A DNA stretch of 62,352 nucleotides, counting the filler, from Choristocarpus tenellus KU-1152 (Eukaryota > Protista > Phaeophyceae): the NCBI GenBank assembly GCA_964200185.2. It is 8 parts of 8 records of this genome, joined end to end, with 100 filler letters (N's around TTAATTAATTAA, not from the genome) between each part and the next. Parts side by side here need not be neighbours in the genome. Positions count along the whole stretch, not along the records: positions 50,720 to 57,976 come from CAXNAD020006449.1; positions 58,077 to 62,352 come from CAXNAD020015336.1; 6 more parts are not named here. One strand, written 5' to 3'. The notes under the pieces were generated by a model. That model did not search any database. It was not told where the DNA came from and was given only the letters and a program-made list of their open reading frames with translations. This document shows, piece by piece, positions 51,120 to 62,352 of this stretch. Every line of letters begins with the position of its first letter. Position 1 is the stretch's first letter. A program made the translations under genes and the position numbers.

Positions 51120-54100
51120 AGACAATTGCATTAGCTCCCTTGAGGGCCTTGCCGGTCTCACACAACTTCAGGAGCTCCGATTAGACATCAACCAGCTCAC
51201 CTCCCTTAAGGGTCTTCACACCCTTCCAAGTCTCACAGAGCTCTCTGCCAAGACCAACCACATCACATCCCTACCTGACCGCTTTGGTGCAGGACTTGCC
51301 TCGTGCTCAACATCATCAGCTTCCTGCTCAACATCAACTGATTGCAACCCCCCTGTTTCTGGCAATACATTATTGGCACTACATGGTACAGGTGGTTCAC
51401 CAAAGGGAGGAATCGAATCAGATAACATTGGATTCCCCAGTCTCCAGCGTCTTGAACTATACCACAATCGCATTTGCTTGGTGCATCCAGGTGCTTTTAT
51501 AGGACTCACATCCCTACTTCACCTGGACTTAGGCCGCAACCATCTTTCCACCCTTGATGGCAGAGCACTGGAGCGTTGCCCGGCCCTCGTGACCCTTGTC
51601 CTAAGTCAGAACCATCTCAAGGAGCCCCCCTACCCCTTACGGTTACCACTCCTAAGGGAATTGTGGTTGAGTGGGAACAGGATTGAGACCATGGGGTTGT
51701 GGCCATCTTCCATCCTTGGGTACCAAACATGCTCTTCATCACAGCAGCAAATGTGTATGACAGGACCACTTCAAAAAGTTGGAGAATGCAAGGACAGAGG
51801 AGATATTCAGAAAACAAGGACCATCGGACATGTAGACCACCAAGGAGGAAATGGAGGGGTGTGGCTCCCGTCACTGGAAGTTCTCCATCTGGAGGACAAT
51901 GCACTAGTCTCTATGGGTGGCACACGTTCGCTAGTAGGTGTTCCTCTCCTGAGGGTTTTGGACATTAGCTTTAATAGTCTAGAGGAGAAGGAAGCGAATG
52001 TTGGAGGAGGGGGGCTTAGCTCCTGCTTGAAGGTCTGCAGGAGGCTAGAGGAGCTTCAGGTACACGACAATCCCATGACAAGTTGCGACTACTATGTCTT
52101 CAATTTGCTTCAGAGCTGTCCATGGGTAAGTGAGTGCACCTCAGTGTCAAGTAGTTTCAGAGCTGCACTATGATTGAGCAAAAGCACCCTTCCTCTTCAA
52201 CCCTACTACTATACATCAATGCAGTGCAGTAGAGACCTATGTTATCAACAAAACAGGAGTGGGGGAATGTAACAGGCCAACGGAATATGGGTATCACATC
52301 ATGAGGACATAGCTTGGGCCAATAGAAAGGAAAACATGGGAGATGTCCATGCAAATTGAACGATCTACATGCCTCTTACTGTTGCATCCATGACACCTGT
52401 TTCAAAACTGGTATGGGAATGTTGAGATTTGAATGCAATGGTATGCTTTTCCAGTTGCAAGCTCCTACAATTATAGGGTCATGCTGTGATATTTGAAATA
52501 CACTCCTGCAGCTCTCTATGTTGCAAATGATAAAATTACCGCCACTCCAAGAATCAAGTCCCCTCCTCTGGTCTGAAAGTTTTTCCCATCATGTACCCAA
52601 ACCCACCCTTTTCTATTCTGGTCTATATGGCGTGTGAACTCCGTTCTTACAGCTTACTCATGTGGATGGCTCTGAAGTCAACCCCCTTCAAAGATGGCAA
52701 GCAGAGGCCAGTGCTGTCATGAATCGGGGGGACCTGATCCTACCTGCCCTCCTGGCCTCCCAAAGGGGAGGCATGCCATACAACACTCGCTTGCCAAGCA
52801 TGTCCAAACATAACTGGTGCAGCAACAGTGGTGTTGGCAGTATTGAAAGTGCATGGGGGCAAGGCAGTGCCACTCAGTGCTCTAAGGAGGACCAAGGGTC
52901 ATTCCAATCACCCCCCAGGTGTCCTCGCTGTGGTGCGAAGGTACTGTCTTCACCAGAGCCCCCCTCCTCTCACACAAGAAAAGAATGCTTGGGCAGGAAG
53001 GAGGGGGGGGGGTGGGGTCCATGGGATTTGACTGGCCGCGATTGGAGGCAGTGCAAATCGTGCAAGTTAGAAGTCTTCATGGGTGAGCAACAGGGATTCC
53101 CAGTGGACTGGAAATGTTTGAGGAGTCGAGGGTTGGTGTGGCGTGAAGGCATTCTAGCCAGAGGGAGGTTGGAGGGGGTAGGTGGGACCAGGGGATCGAT
53201 TGGTAGAGGGGAAATGGGTGGTCTGGAAGACAGGGATGAGCTACCATTGTGGCAGTGGGCATCCTCCACGAGGGCCTTTCAAGACACATGCAAACACAGA
53301 CGTGCTGAACATGTGCACTTGAGGAGTCGCCACAGTCGTGAGGAGAGGGAGTTGCTGGCAGATTTTTCACCAGGAGTGACGCGGGGGACAGATGCAGTGA
53401 TCTCATCTGCCCAGAGGGTGGATCGGGAGTTGAGGCTGATGGCAAAGCATGCAATGGAGAGGGCTGAGCTTGCTGCAGTTCATCTCAGACTGCATGGTCC
53501 ATGTGAAGATCGTGGCACATGTAGGGGAGGTGAGTGGGGCAGGAGTGGAAGCACTGTCAGCAAGAGCGACTGGCATAGAGTGAACGCTGTGGTCAAACCT
53601 CCCTTAGAGGGTACGGAGGACCTAGGGGCTGCTTGTGCTGCTCGGGTACTACAGAGGATATGGAGACAAAGAAGGGCAGTGAAGGGTGTATATCGGCATC
53701 TAAATGGCATGCCTCAAGGTGGAAAGCTCGCTGAAACAAAAGCCAGCAGGCAGGAGGCTAGAGTGGACGATATTGCAGCAACCAGGTTGCAGTCTGCATT
53801 TAGAGGGTTCCATGTGCGCCGGGCACTGCAGGTGTGAGGATACATCAGCCTATGGTTGCATTTTCACAGACGTGGTTTGCTATAGCGGCCACTTGTTTAC
53901 CTTGGAGTATTTGAGGTATGAAAACCTAACCGGATACAGTTGAGATATTATGTAGTGTTCTCATGCAGATTCATTATTTTCCAGGATTATTTAATATCTT
54001 TACTACCTGTCACCCCGCTCTTATCACAGATTCCAACGCCTGACCCACCAGGAAGCCAAACGTTTACCTTGCAGTAATGACTCTGTAGATGTCCATGGCA

Positions 54101-57100
54101 TGGTCCCATGTCATGCAACATTCAATCCATCTATTCAGGCCTAAGCCAGCAAAGCAAAAAAATCGTACTCAAAACGCCACGTACAATGTTGGCGCAGGTT
54201 GGATCATCCCCTGAAGTGGTGGAGTCGAGGGAAGAATTGTATCCAATATTCATTCATGTACCCACTTTCTGGATTTACATTTGAGTCAAAGTATCTTAGA
54301 GGGTAGAGCCGTGTCCATTTGGGGTCCAAAACCCAATGTTATAATTTTGATGTAATTTTGGCTACGTGCTTGGTAGGAAGTGTCAATGTCCTTGTTCCGG
54401 ACGCAAGTGTTCATAAAGTATACATTTTACCTACTCCAAAATGTTTTGGAGTAGGTAAAACGTAATAAAAAACCTGTGGAAAGCCAAGCCCCAAATGGAC
54501 AAACAGTGCAAAAATCGTACCCTCTAAGATACTTTCACTCATTTGTTTTACATGAGTGCTTGTTCTTGCTGAATGTTTGATTATTGTTCAGTAATTCTTC
54601 CGTCACTTCCAGAAAAAAACCCAGCCTGCATTCCATGCCAATATGAAACTCTTTCGGTTTGCAATAAACCCTGGCAAAAAAGAGCAATGAGAATTTTGAC
54701 AATACATACACTCCAGTTTGTTACTGTTGTTGGCCTGATAGCAGCTGACACTCCAAAACTAAATCGTACTGGAACCTGGCAGTAGGACTACATGCTATTG
54801 TAAATGCTTGCTTCTGCACAATACTCCACTAGCTATTACTCTGAAGTATCATGTACCTCTTCTTTTTTTGCGTAGAACATGCATATATTGCATTCACGCA
54901 TACTAGCATGCACATTCTCACATGCTCCAAATATGTGACACTAATGCACAATGTAGAAAAACCCACCTCCCACCCACCTATTGCGCCCCTCTGTCGACAC
55001 TCCAACCCCTACACTTCAAACTGCTAAACGTTGAACAATCACAATTGCCTAGGCTGCCTTGGAGTCTGTCAAGTACATTGATGAAGAGCTTGAGAGCTTG
55101 ATAGGGAGCAGTGGACAAGGGCGAAGTGCAGACATGTTCGACCTTGACACCTTCCTCTTATGTCCTCCAGAGCTGAAAGCTGGGTGGGGGGAGAGCACTG
55201 TCACACAGAGGGCTACCCGTCTTTCCCCTTCTATCCCTGAACCTGCAAACTCCTTGTCTCAGTCTCAAACTGGGCTAGTGCCCCTGTTTCAAGCTCTTCC
55301 TCATCATCCCACAAGGAAGAGAGGCAAAGACTTCAACAATGAGAAATCAGGACTGCGTGATGCTGGAGGTTCATTACCAGGACACCTGTTGCAGGTTTTT
55401 GAGACGGACCTCTCTCGGAGAAAGGAGGTGACAGATCACAATGGGGTAAAGGGATACTGCCAGGAGGGATCTGGGGGGAAAGCACAGGGTTCTAGATGCA
55501 CTGGTTTAGAAGGTTTTGAGGCAAACATGGTAGCAGGGATGGTTGAGACTGGGAGTGATGGGTACAACAGGAGGATTGGAGAGAGGGACAACAGGGGGCT
55601 TTACCATGACAGCAAAACTGGAGGTGAAGACAAAGGCGGAGAGGAGGAGAAGGATGAAGAGAAGGAAAGACGAGGGAGAGTTGAAGGGGAAGAAGAAGTA
55701 TGTGGGAACAGCAACTCTGAGCGGGATTTGTCCAGTTCATGGGGACTGAGGGATCCTAGGGTCATCCATGCCATGGTGAAGAGGAGGCAGAGGATGAGAA
55801 GGTTCGAGATGAGTGAGGTGAGTGCTGAAAATCATTGTACGGGTGATCTTACCCTTGACACAGTGGTACTTGTTACTATTTGCCTGCTTCCGTTGCTCGG
55901 AAAAAGAAATATATTGGGGGTGCTATCAGTAATTGTAGTATGTCATATATATATATTTAAGTATCATGTGCAGTCCAAATGGCAGGGAAATCTACTTATT
56001 TATTTTGATGGAGAGGTGAAAAAGGTGGTGGAGAGAAGGAGGAGACAGCTGAACTTCAGGTCACCCTTCAGCACTTATTTCCATCATAGGTGATGTGTCT
56101 AAAATACACACCGTTTTGTAAAGAAGTAATGTATGTAAGTATGAGCATGATATTAATTATGGGCTTAGCTTGTATTCTTCCCACTTACAGCACCTAATGT
56201 TCCATCTTCTCCCGAGGCACCTCTTCTTGTCCCTAGGGAAATATTGTCTGGTCTGCCATGCCCTCAAATACAGTATCTTTCACTGTTTTTCAGCAATCTA
56301 TACAAGGAGGCAGCCAGAAAGCAAACCGTACAGAAAAAAATCTCTACCACAAATCACTGGGCTACAACAATCTTAAGTGACACAGTTTCAAGGCATTTTG
56401 GAATGTAATATCAGCACTATCTAGGTCGTGGATGGACCCAGCCTTATCGAATTTAACAAAATCTCCAAGAGTGAACCGCCGCAGTAAACTAGAGGTACCC
56501 AGGTATTGACTGTTTTTCATTTTAAGTCAATTTTTGATCTCTTGCATTTGACCCATATTTCTGAGGATCACTTGCTAAGTTTGACTTGAGATCGTTGATT
56601 TTCTCTAATACTTGAAATTTTCCGACTGAATTTTGAAAAGTTCCAATATAAGCGTTTAAAACGAGAACACATTTTTCTGGCAAACAACTGTGAGGGTCCT
56701 TAGAACGCAACTCTGGGTACCTCTCGCTTACTTAGACTTCTCAGTGTCAGGGATGGGAAGTTTTGGCACAGACAAGTAGACTTACACTTACACAGGTCTT
56801 GTCTCCCCTTCATGATCCTCGTTATTGTTCTCTTTTCTAAATGGATCCACAGTCCATTCCAAGTTGGATCATATTTTCAGGAGCACGTGCATTGCCTTAC
56901 ACTTGAGTCAAAGCATTTAAGAGGGTAGGCCCTCGTCCACTTGGGGTCCGAAATCCAATGTTGCGATTTTGATGTAATTTTGACTGTCATGTTTGTTAGG
57001 AAGTGTCTTTCATAGTCATATACATTTTAGGTAGCTGTGTTCACACAGCAGCTGAGAAGGGGCATAAAAAACCTGTGGGAGGCCAAGCCCCGAATGGAGA

Positions 57101-59090
57101 AACAGGTCAAAACTCCTACCCGCTTGAATGCTTTGGGTCACTTTATATGCTGAAGTTTTATGCTACAGCTTTGTCCTCTTTCCTGTGACTGTTGATCTAC
57201 ACAACCTTCTTGATTGTATGTCTATCCTGGTGGTTGACTTCTGTTTGCATGGTGTCCGTTATGATGCCCCAGGCCAAACGGAAGAGGAAAAAGAAGCCTG
57301 ACTATCGCCTCAAGATGTTTGCAAAGAATGCTGGCATTACTCGCCCATTGTCCATGGTGAGAAGCACTCAATTCTATTCCAGAAGACTCACACAACCCAT
57401 CGATTACCAACAGATGTAATCCACTCTGTAGTATTAGGAAGGGGGCAAGTATCATGGGTTTTCCTCTTGAGTTCCTGTACTAGCATGTTGGATACGCCAC
57501 TGTGTCTGTTGTGAAACACTTGTAAGTGAGTACTCTGGAGCAGTAACAGTTGAAGTATGAACATGCAATATCCGCAGGGGAGGAAGTATCCCATAATCTC
57601 TCTGACAGAAAATCTTTGGCACAAAATAACAAGCGGGCCCTCTGCTCCTTCTCCTGTACCCTGAGTTCACAGGGTTGCCATCCTCCTCATCCTGTACAGT
57701 CTTCCAATTCTTGAATCCCTCCCCTACATCTAACTCTGTGCCCCATCAGGGGATTGATGCCTGTAACGGTGACCATGGCATCTGCTCCACACATCGCTCA
57801 GGGGTTAGCGATGGAGGGGGTGTTGGCCCTAGGGCACAATCGGATGGTGGTGGGATATTGAAAGTGGAGTCGCCTCTTCGACTGGCACCTATTGAAGCCT
57901 GGGCTGTGCCGGGAGAGCAGGGAGAGCGTAGAAGGGGGACATTGGCCCTGGGGGGGGGAGTAGGTAAGAGTCAGTGNNNNNNNNNNNNNNNNNNNNNNNN
58001 NNNNNNNNNNNNNNNNNNNNTTAATTAATTAANNNNNNNNNNNNNNNNNNNNNNNNNNNNNNNNNNNNNNNNNNNNCTGGTCTAGATCCCCCCCCCCCTC
58101 CCAGATACTTTGGGTCTCCACTCAGTTTAATTCATCACTTCTGTGCAGCCTGCACGTAAGCGATGATACACATTATTCATAGGGATACTCTCCATAACCA
58201 AGGGAAACACATGGTATCCAGTGGTGGATTATTCCAATATCCATTGTATATCAGTGACTTGCTTCGCGGTGTCCATCACTGTCAAGCGTTGGTCACTAAA
58301 TTGTGCCAATGAATAGAGGGGGGCACTTCCAGCCGACAACCACTCATAAGTCCATGAGTGATAATACACCCCACCTTATTGCGAATTGCACAAAAGTGCA
58401 CAGGACCATTCACAATACAACAGAAAACTCTGTCTGAGACACAACACACCAAAGGATAACTCTGATAGAAAACAACATTTATATCCTTTCACTCAACCAA
58501 GGATTTAATGTTGGAGCGAGATGACCTGTTGAAGAATGGAAGCAACCCCAAAGATACGGACTCTTTTTCCACCGAATGTTCAACTAATGATGATGACCAG
58601 GTCCAGGTACCATTCAAAATCAAGTACTCCGTATTTGGAAAACACTAAACGTTGATCTGAATATTTTTTCCACAGCCTACTCATCAGATGAGAACAAGGT
58701 CCAGAGTTTACCACCACAATAAACATGCCATGTCCCCGATGTGCTCCTGTACAATGCTTTGATAATTGGAATAGATTAATGATACCTTGATGTCTGCGAC
58801 CACTCTAGGGGAACGGTAGTGTGATGTGGATAGAATCGTGAAATATGTCGCACTGATAACGATTTCTTTGATCTACGGAGAATGAGAGAGAGAGAGAGAG
58901 AGAGTACAAAGACTTCAAATCTCCATGACATACAGATTTCACTCCAGAGGATATTTTACTCTTCCAATGATATGTCTGCGTATCTCTGTGTTGTGCAGAG
59001 GGAAGAGCCTGTGTGCCAGCAGTGGATGGGCGAGACCACAAAACAGAACCTGGGACAGGGCCTGGGGCAAAGGCTGAAGCCATGCAATAG
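51120..59090 (+). CDS. Leucine-rich repeat and IQ-motif protein (LRRIQ1-like), partial; exons 51120-52125, 52653-53831, 55053-55817, 57273-57356, 57750-57963 and probably 58999-59090
   Basis: Multiple LxxLxLxxN repeats and LRR cap; IQ motifs AARVLQRIWR and AATRLQSAFRGFHVRR; phase-consistent splice sites; gaps upstream and before the last exon. Confidence 0.85.
54283..54540. mobile_element. MITE family A, intronic, reverse orientation
   Basis: GAGTCAAAGTATCTTAGAGGGTA / TACCCTCTAAGATACTTTCACTC; TSD ATTT/ATTT. Confidence 0.92.
56491..56724. mobile_element. Small TIR element candidate
   Basis: Perfect 12-bp inverted ends AGAGGTACCCAG / CTGGGTACCTCT; no clear TSD; single copy in window. Confidence 0.4.
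56905..57139. mobile_element. Diverged family A MITE
   Basis: GAGTCAAAGCATT / AATGCTTTGGGTC; TSD ACTT/ACTT. Confidence 0.85.
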
Positions 59091-60080
59091 CCAGGTACAG
59101 GAATACGGAGTGGGGCAACTTAGGAGGAATTTCGAGCTCCAAGGGCGGGTGATAAAACATGTCTGGAAGGGTAGATGTGTTCGATTGAGTGAAGGTGACG
59201 ATTTTTGTTTTTAGAGCATCTCGTCAGTAAACTATTGACTCGAAGCATTGCATGGAGGTCATTTTTCCGACATTCAATAGTTACTCAACTTGAGGAAGAA
59301 TGCTATCAACCTCAGTCAGCATATTTCAACGCTCTCAAAAGTGGAACTGGACACCAATACCCTCTACAGCTCGCACAAGCAACACTGTCGATGAGGCAGG
59401 GGAGGAGAGCATCAACATCATGCTGTGAGATCATTAAGGAAAGGGGTGTATCAACACGCCACCTCTCCCTTGACTCTGCAGCGCTTCAATGGGGGCAATA
59501 AGGTACGGCTTGTTGTACTGTTCTAATTAGAGGTGTGCAGAATGGTTCATATATTGATTTGAGGATCGAAGACTTGCAGGTAAGCGCTAGATAGATGTGT
59601 TTCGTTCTGCAGTCCAAGTGAATGGTAGTAGAGCAGTCATCCATCCTGCATCCTCATCCTCACAACACGTCTCTGCAATAAAACCTCCATGGTGCATGCT
59701 GTCATGTACACTGGATAGGCACACTCCCATTCCCCCGGTTCAAATACTAGCTGATTTTAGCGGCATGAAAGAGAAGAGGTCTGCCAGCAGCCCCTGAGAG
59801 GAGGACGTATTGACATAAAACCACACAATGTTTAACATTAGTACCATCACGATGAACATATAAAATGTTGTTGTGCAATGATTACAAGGATGGAATATCT
59901 TGGAGTGGAGGTAACATGACGTTCGGGCGATCCTGATACGTACTTTGTGAAATAACTTTGAACAATTGATAGTTGACCCTAAAAAAGACCATACTGAAGA
60001 GCAATACCAAGTCCTCCCTCTTTGTGAAAAGGTCGACCTCAAAGTTGCGAATCACGTAACGCTGTTCTTCTCTTGGATGA

Positions 60081-60346
60081 GAACCAAAGTATCTTAGATG
60101 AAGTGCTGCTGTTGTTAAGGTGTTTCAGTGATTACTGTTTCCTGATTTGCATCTCAACGTCCCGACATTATCCAATTCAATGAAGATTCATCCACCCATT
60201 GGTTATATTCTTCTGTATCTACGGACGTTTGATTGGGGGGGGTTATCTGAATTTGAGCCTTGAAACTGGGTTATCAGGCACTCACATTTTTATGCCCCTT
60301 GAAACAAAATGGCCAACGTCCACTCCCCCCTAGGGTACTTTGACTC
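60081..60346. mobile_element. MITE with family A-type TIRs and a different interior
   Basis: GAACCAAAGTATCTTAG / CTAGGGTACTTTGACTC; flanks TGA/TGA. Confidence 0.6.
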
Positions 60347-62297
60347 TGACCTACAGTTGAACTCATAACTCTCCAGTTCGATCATTATAGTGAAAGAAGA
60401 GAGGAGAAATCTGAAGTTCTTCACTTCGCCAAGGTGGATCCATGTTTTTCCATCCACCTAATGGCATTGATATTCCTCAATGAAGTCAAAGATATTTTAT
60501 AGGGCTTTGCTTACACGGTTTCTCTTGCACTCCTCTCAGCTCAGCAATCTGAAGGTATAGATGGATGTGAGTTGGTCGGCCAACATTCCAAAACTATTCT
60601 GATAAAAGGATCAACGACAAAGAAGGGTTCAAATCAGAAAGAGATACATGGATCGATCCACTAGACCAGAAGTTACATATTTTGCAGTTTTGGAGGATTA
60701 GCTGCAATCAGTTTCGTCAAATGATGTTCCATCCAAAATATTATCTACCTTACCCTTCATTCATATGATTGAATAGAGAGTGGTGTAGAAGTGGCACATT
60801 GCTAGATAGTAACATCTAGTAGAATACGCCTTATAATTTATTGGTTCAGATCTTACCGAGGCAGGAGACAGAGATAGGTGTACTTGAATCAACTAGTCAA
60901 TCGGACTGACAGCAATGGATGGTACCAACATACCACAAGATTCTCCAACCCCAACACACACAGGTGACTGGAACTCTTGAAGACTCGGGACAAGAGGCAA
61001 CAAGCCGGTATACTGTGGGCAGGGAGTGGAACAGTATCAACAGATTCATTTCTCGGCCATTCATGAGCATTCAATTTGCAAATGCAGTGATGGGAAGCTT
61101 AGGAAGAGGTGAAGGGTGCAGTGGAATCGAAGAGCATTTGGTATATCTGTCCCATGTACGACATCTCAGTGAAACCCTCCCTTTGTTTTGCAAATTTCAG
61201 ATCCTCTTTTGTTGCTGCATTTGATAGAAACAGCCTTACAATTGAGGGGAGAATTGATATGTAGGTAGCCCGTCTAGATCTGCGTTACTTAGCATAAAAT
61301 AATACAATATATGAAGAGCCGTAGATTGTTAACAAGTAAGGGGCAATATAGGCACTAGATACAGAGTACTATTATCATATGCTCAGTAGCTTGAACGCCC
61401 ATGGTATGTGAGACGTGTCTGTTTACAGAACACTTGGAATACTCACTATAGCAGCATTAGACAATAAAGTGGTAACCAACAATTGGCTGGTGGGGAGGAT
61501 GCTGGATGGAAGGACCGCCATAATAAAAAACAGTCACAGACTCCTCTTGTCGGGGTGCTGGTTGGATCTGTCTCCACTGTGGACAAGTCCAAAACCAAAT
61601 GCTGTTGGCAACAAGTGCTGTGGCGCAATCGTGTCATCGGTGGTACTGGTGTCGGGTAAGATATTGGATAACTACTTGTTTCCCGTAGGAATTGCACACC
61701 TCCGTCAGCACATGTGGCATGCTGGTGGGAATTGTTATACCACCAGGGACTTAATATTGAGTTCTGGATGAGATTGTAAGCACACTACTAACATTGGTAA
61801 GATGACCCAAGCAATGCGGCACAATGCCACTCAGATATCATGGCAAGCTATTCCGTATAATACTTATGTCAACAATAGGTTACCATTCAAATATTTCTTG
61901 ATTGGGATGCAGATTTGGGCTCTTGGCCTTGAGACACTTCCACTCCTGTGCTCAAAATAGCGGATCGCCAGGGCCCATCGCAGTATTGTGGGTGACTCTG
62001 GAGGTGGACTCCCTTGGACATTCCCAACTATCTATCGCCCAACCACATCCTGGAGTTGGATGCTGTTGCAGTTTCCTCGAGGTAGTTGTTCTGCCCGAAT
62101 ATACGTCTTCCGTAAGTACATCTCGTTCACCCACACTCCGTATATCACGTATTCATCTGCTCCTACTCATGTTGGATCCACATAATATGGGAGAGGTATC
62201 CATACTCATTTTCACATATTCCCATGTGTAGTTTGAAGCACAGTGTAAGTTCTAAGCAGATTTTGACCCTTCTTCAAAGCTTGCTTGATGACTCAAA

Positions 62298-62352
62298 GAG
62301 TGAAACTATCTTAGAGGGTACGAATTTTTCCCTGTTTGTCCATTTGAGGGGC
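62298..62352. mobile_element. Start of a family A MITE (runs off window)
   Basis: GAGTGAAACTATCTTAGAGGGTACG. Confidence 0.85.

Noticed and set aside
60450-61400. Minus-strand LINE RT remnant (DIPNA/FDS, RGVQ-like fragments)
   Set aside because: Motifs need several frameshifts and are too decayed to support without a search
1-62352. Fanzor/TnpB, intact transposase or viral hallmark genes
   Set aside because: No RuvC, intact DDE or capsid/polymerase motifs recognised in the ORF track or in my manual exon joins; short spliced exons could have been missed

Overview
Eukaryotic, intron-rich and transposon-dense scaffold segment with seven N-gaps. A photosynthetic stramenopile, probably a brown-algal relative, is inferred from a bipartite plastid-targeting leader, TTAGGG repeats and an RTE LINE remnant; the sequence alone does not identify the species. 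Host genes reconstructed by hand: a plastid-targeted DUF3727-like gene (- strand, ~16.7-29.4 kb), 3' exons of a DUF445 gene, tRNA-Ala(AGC), APRT (-) and an LRR+IQ (LRRIQ1-like) gene (+). Repeats: decayed Gypsy, two Copia, LINE remnants, an internally deleted pogo-like element and many copies of related MITE families with G(A/G)NNNAAAGT-type termini. The main family has 4-bp TSDs and looks Sola2-like. Best lead: a spliced ParB-like gene (DGNHR motif followed by a probable HTH) at 6844-10395, directly behind a MITE-type end and a repeated subterminal block. It may be the cargo of a large, uncharacterised DNA transposon. Also notable are a ~635-bp spacer-less foldback, telomeric-type repeats concentrated in one gene, and CpG loss in gene bodies. 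All family names come from motif recognition, not database searches.
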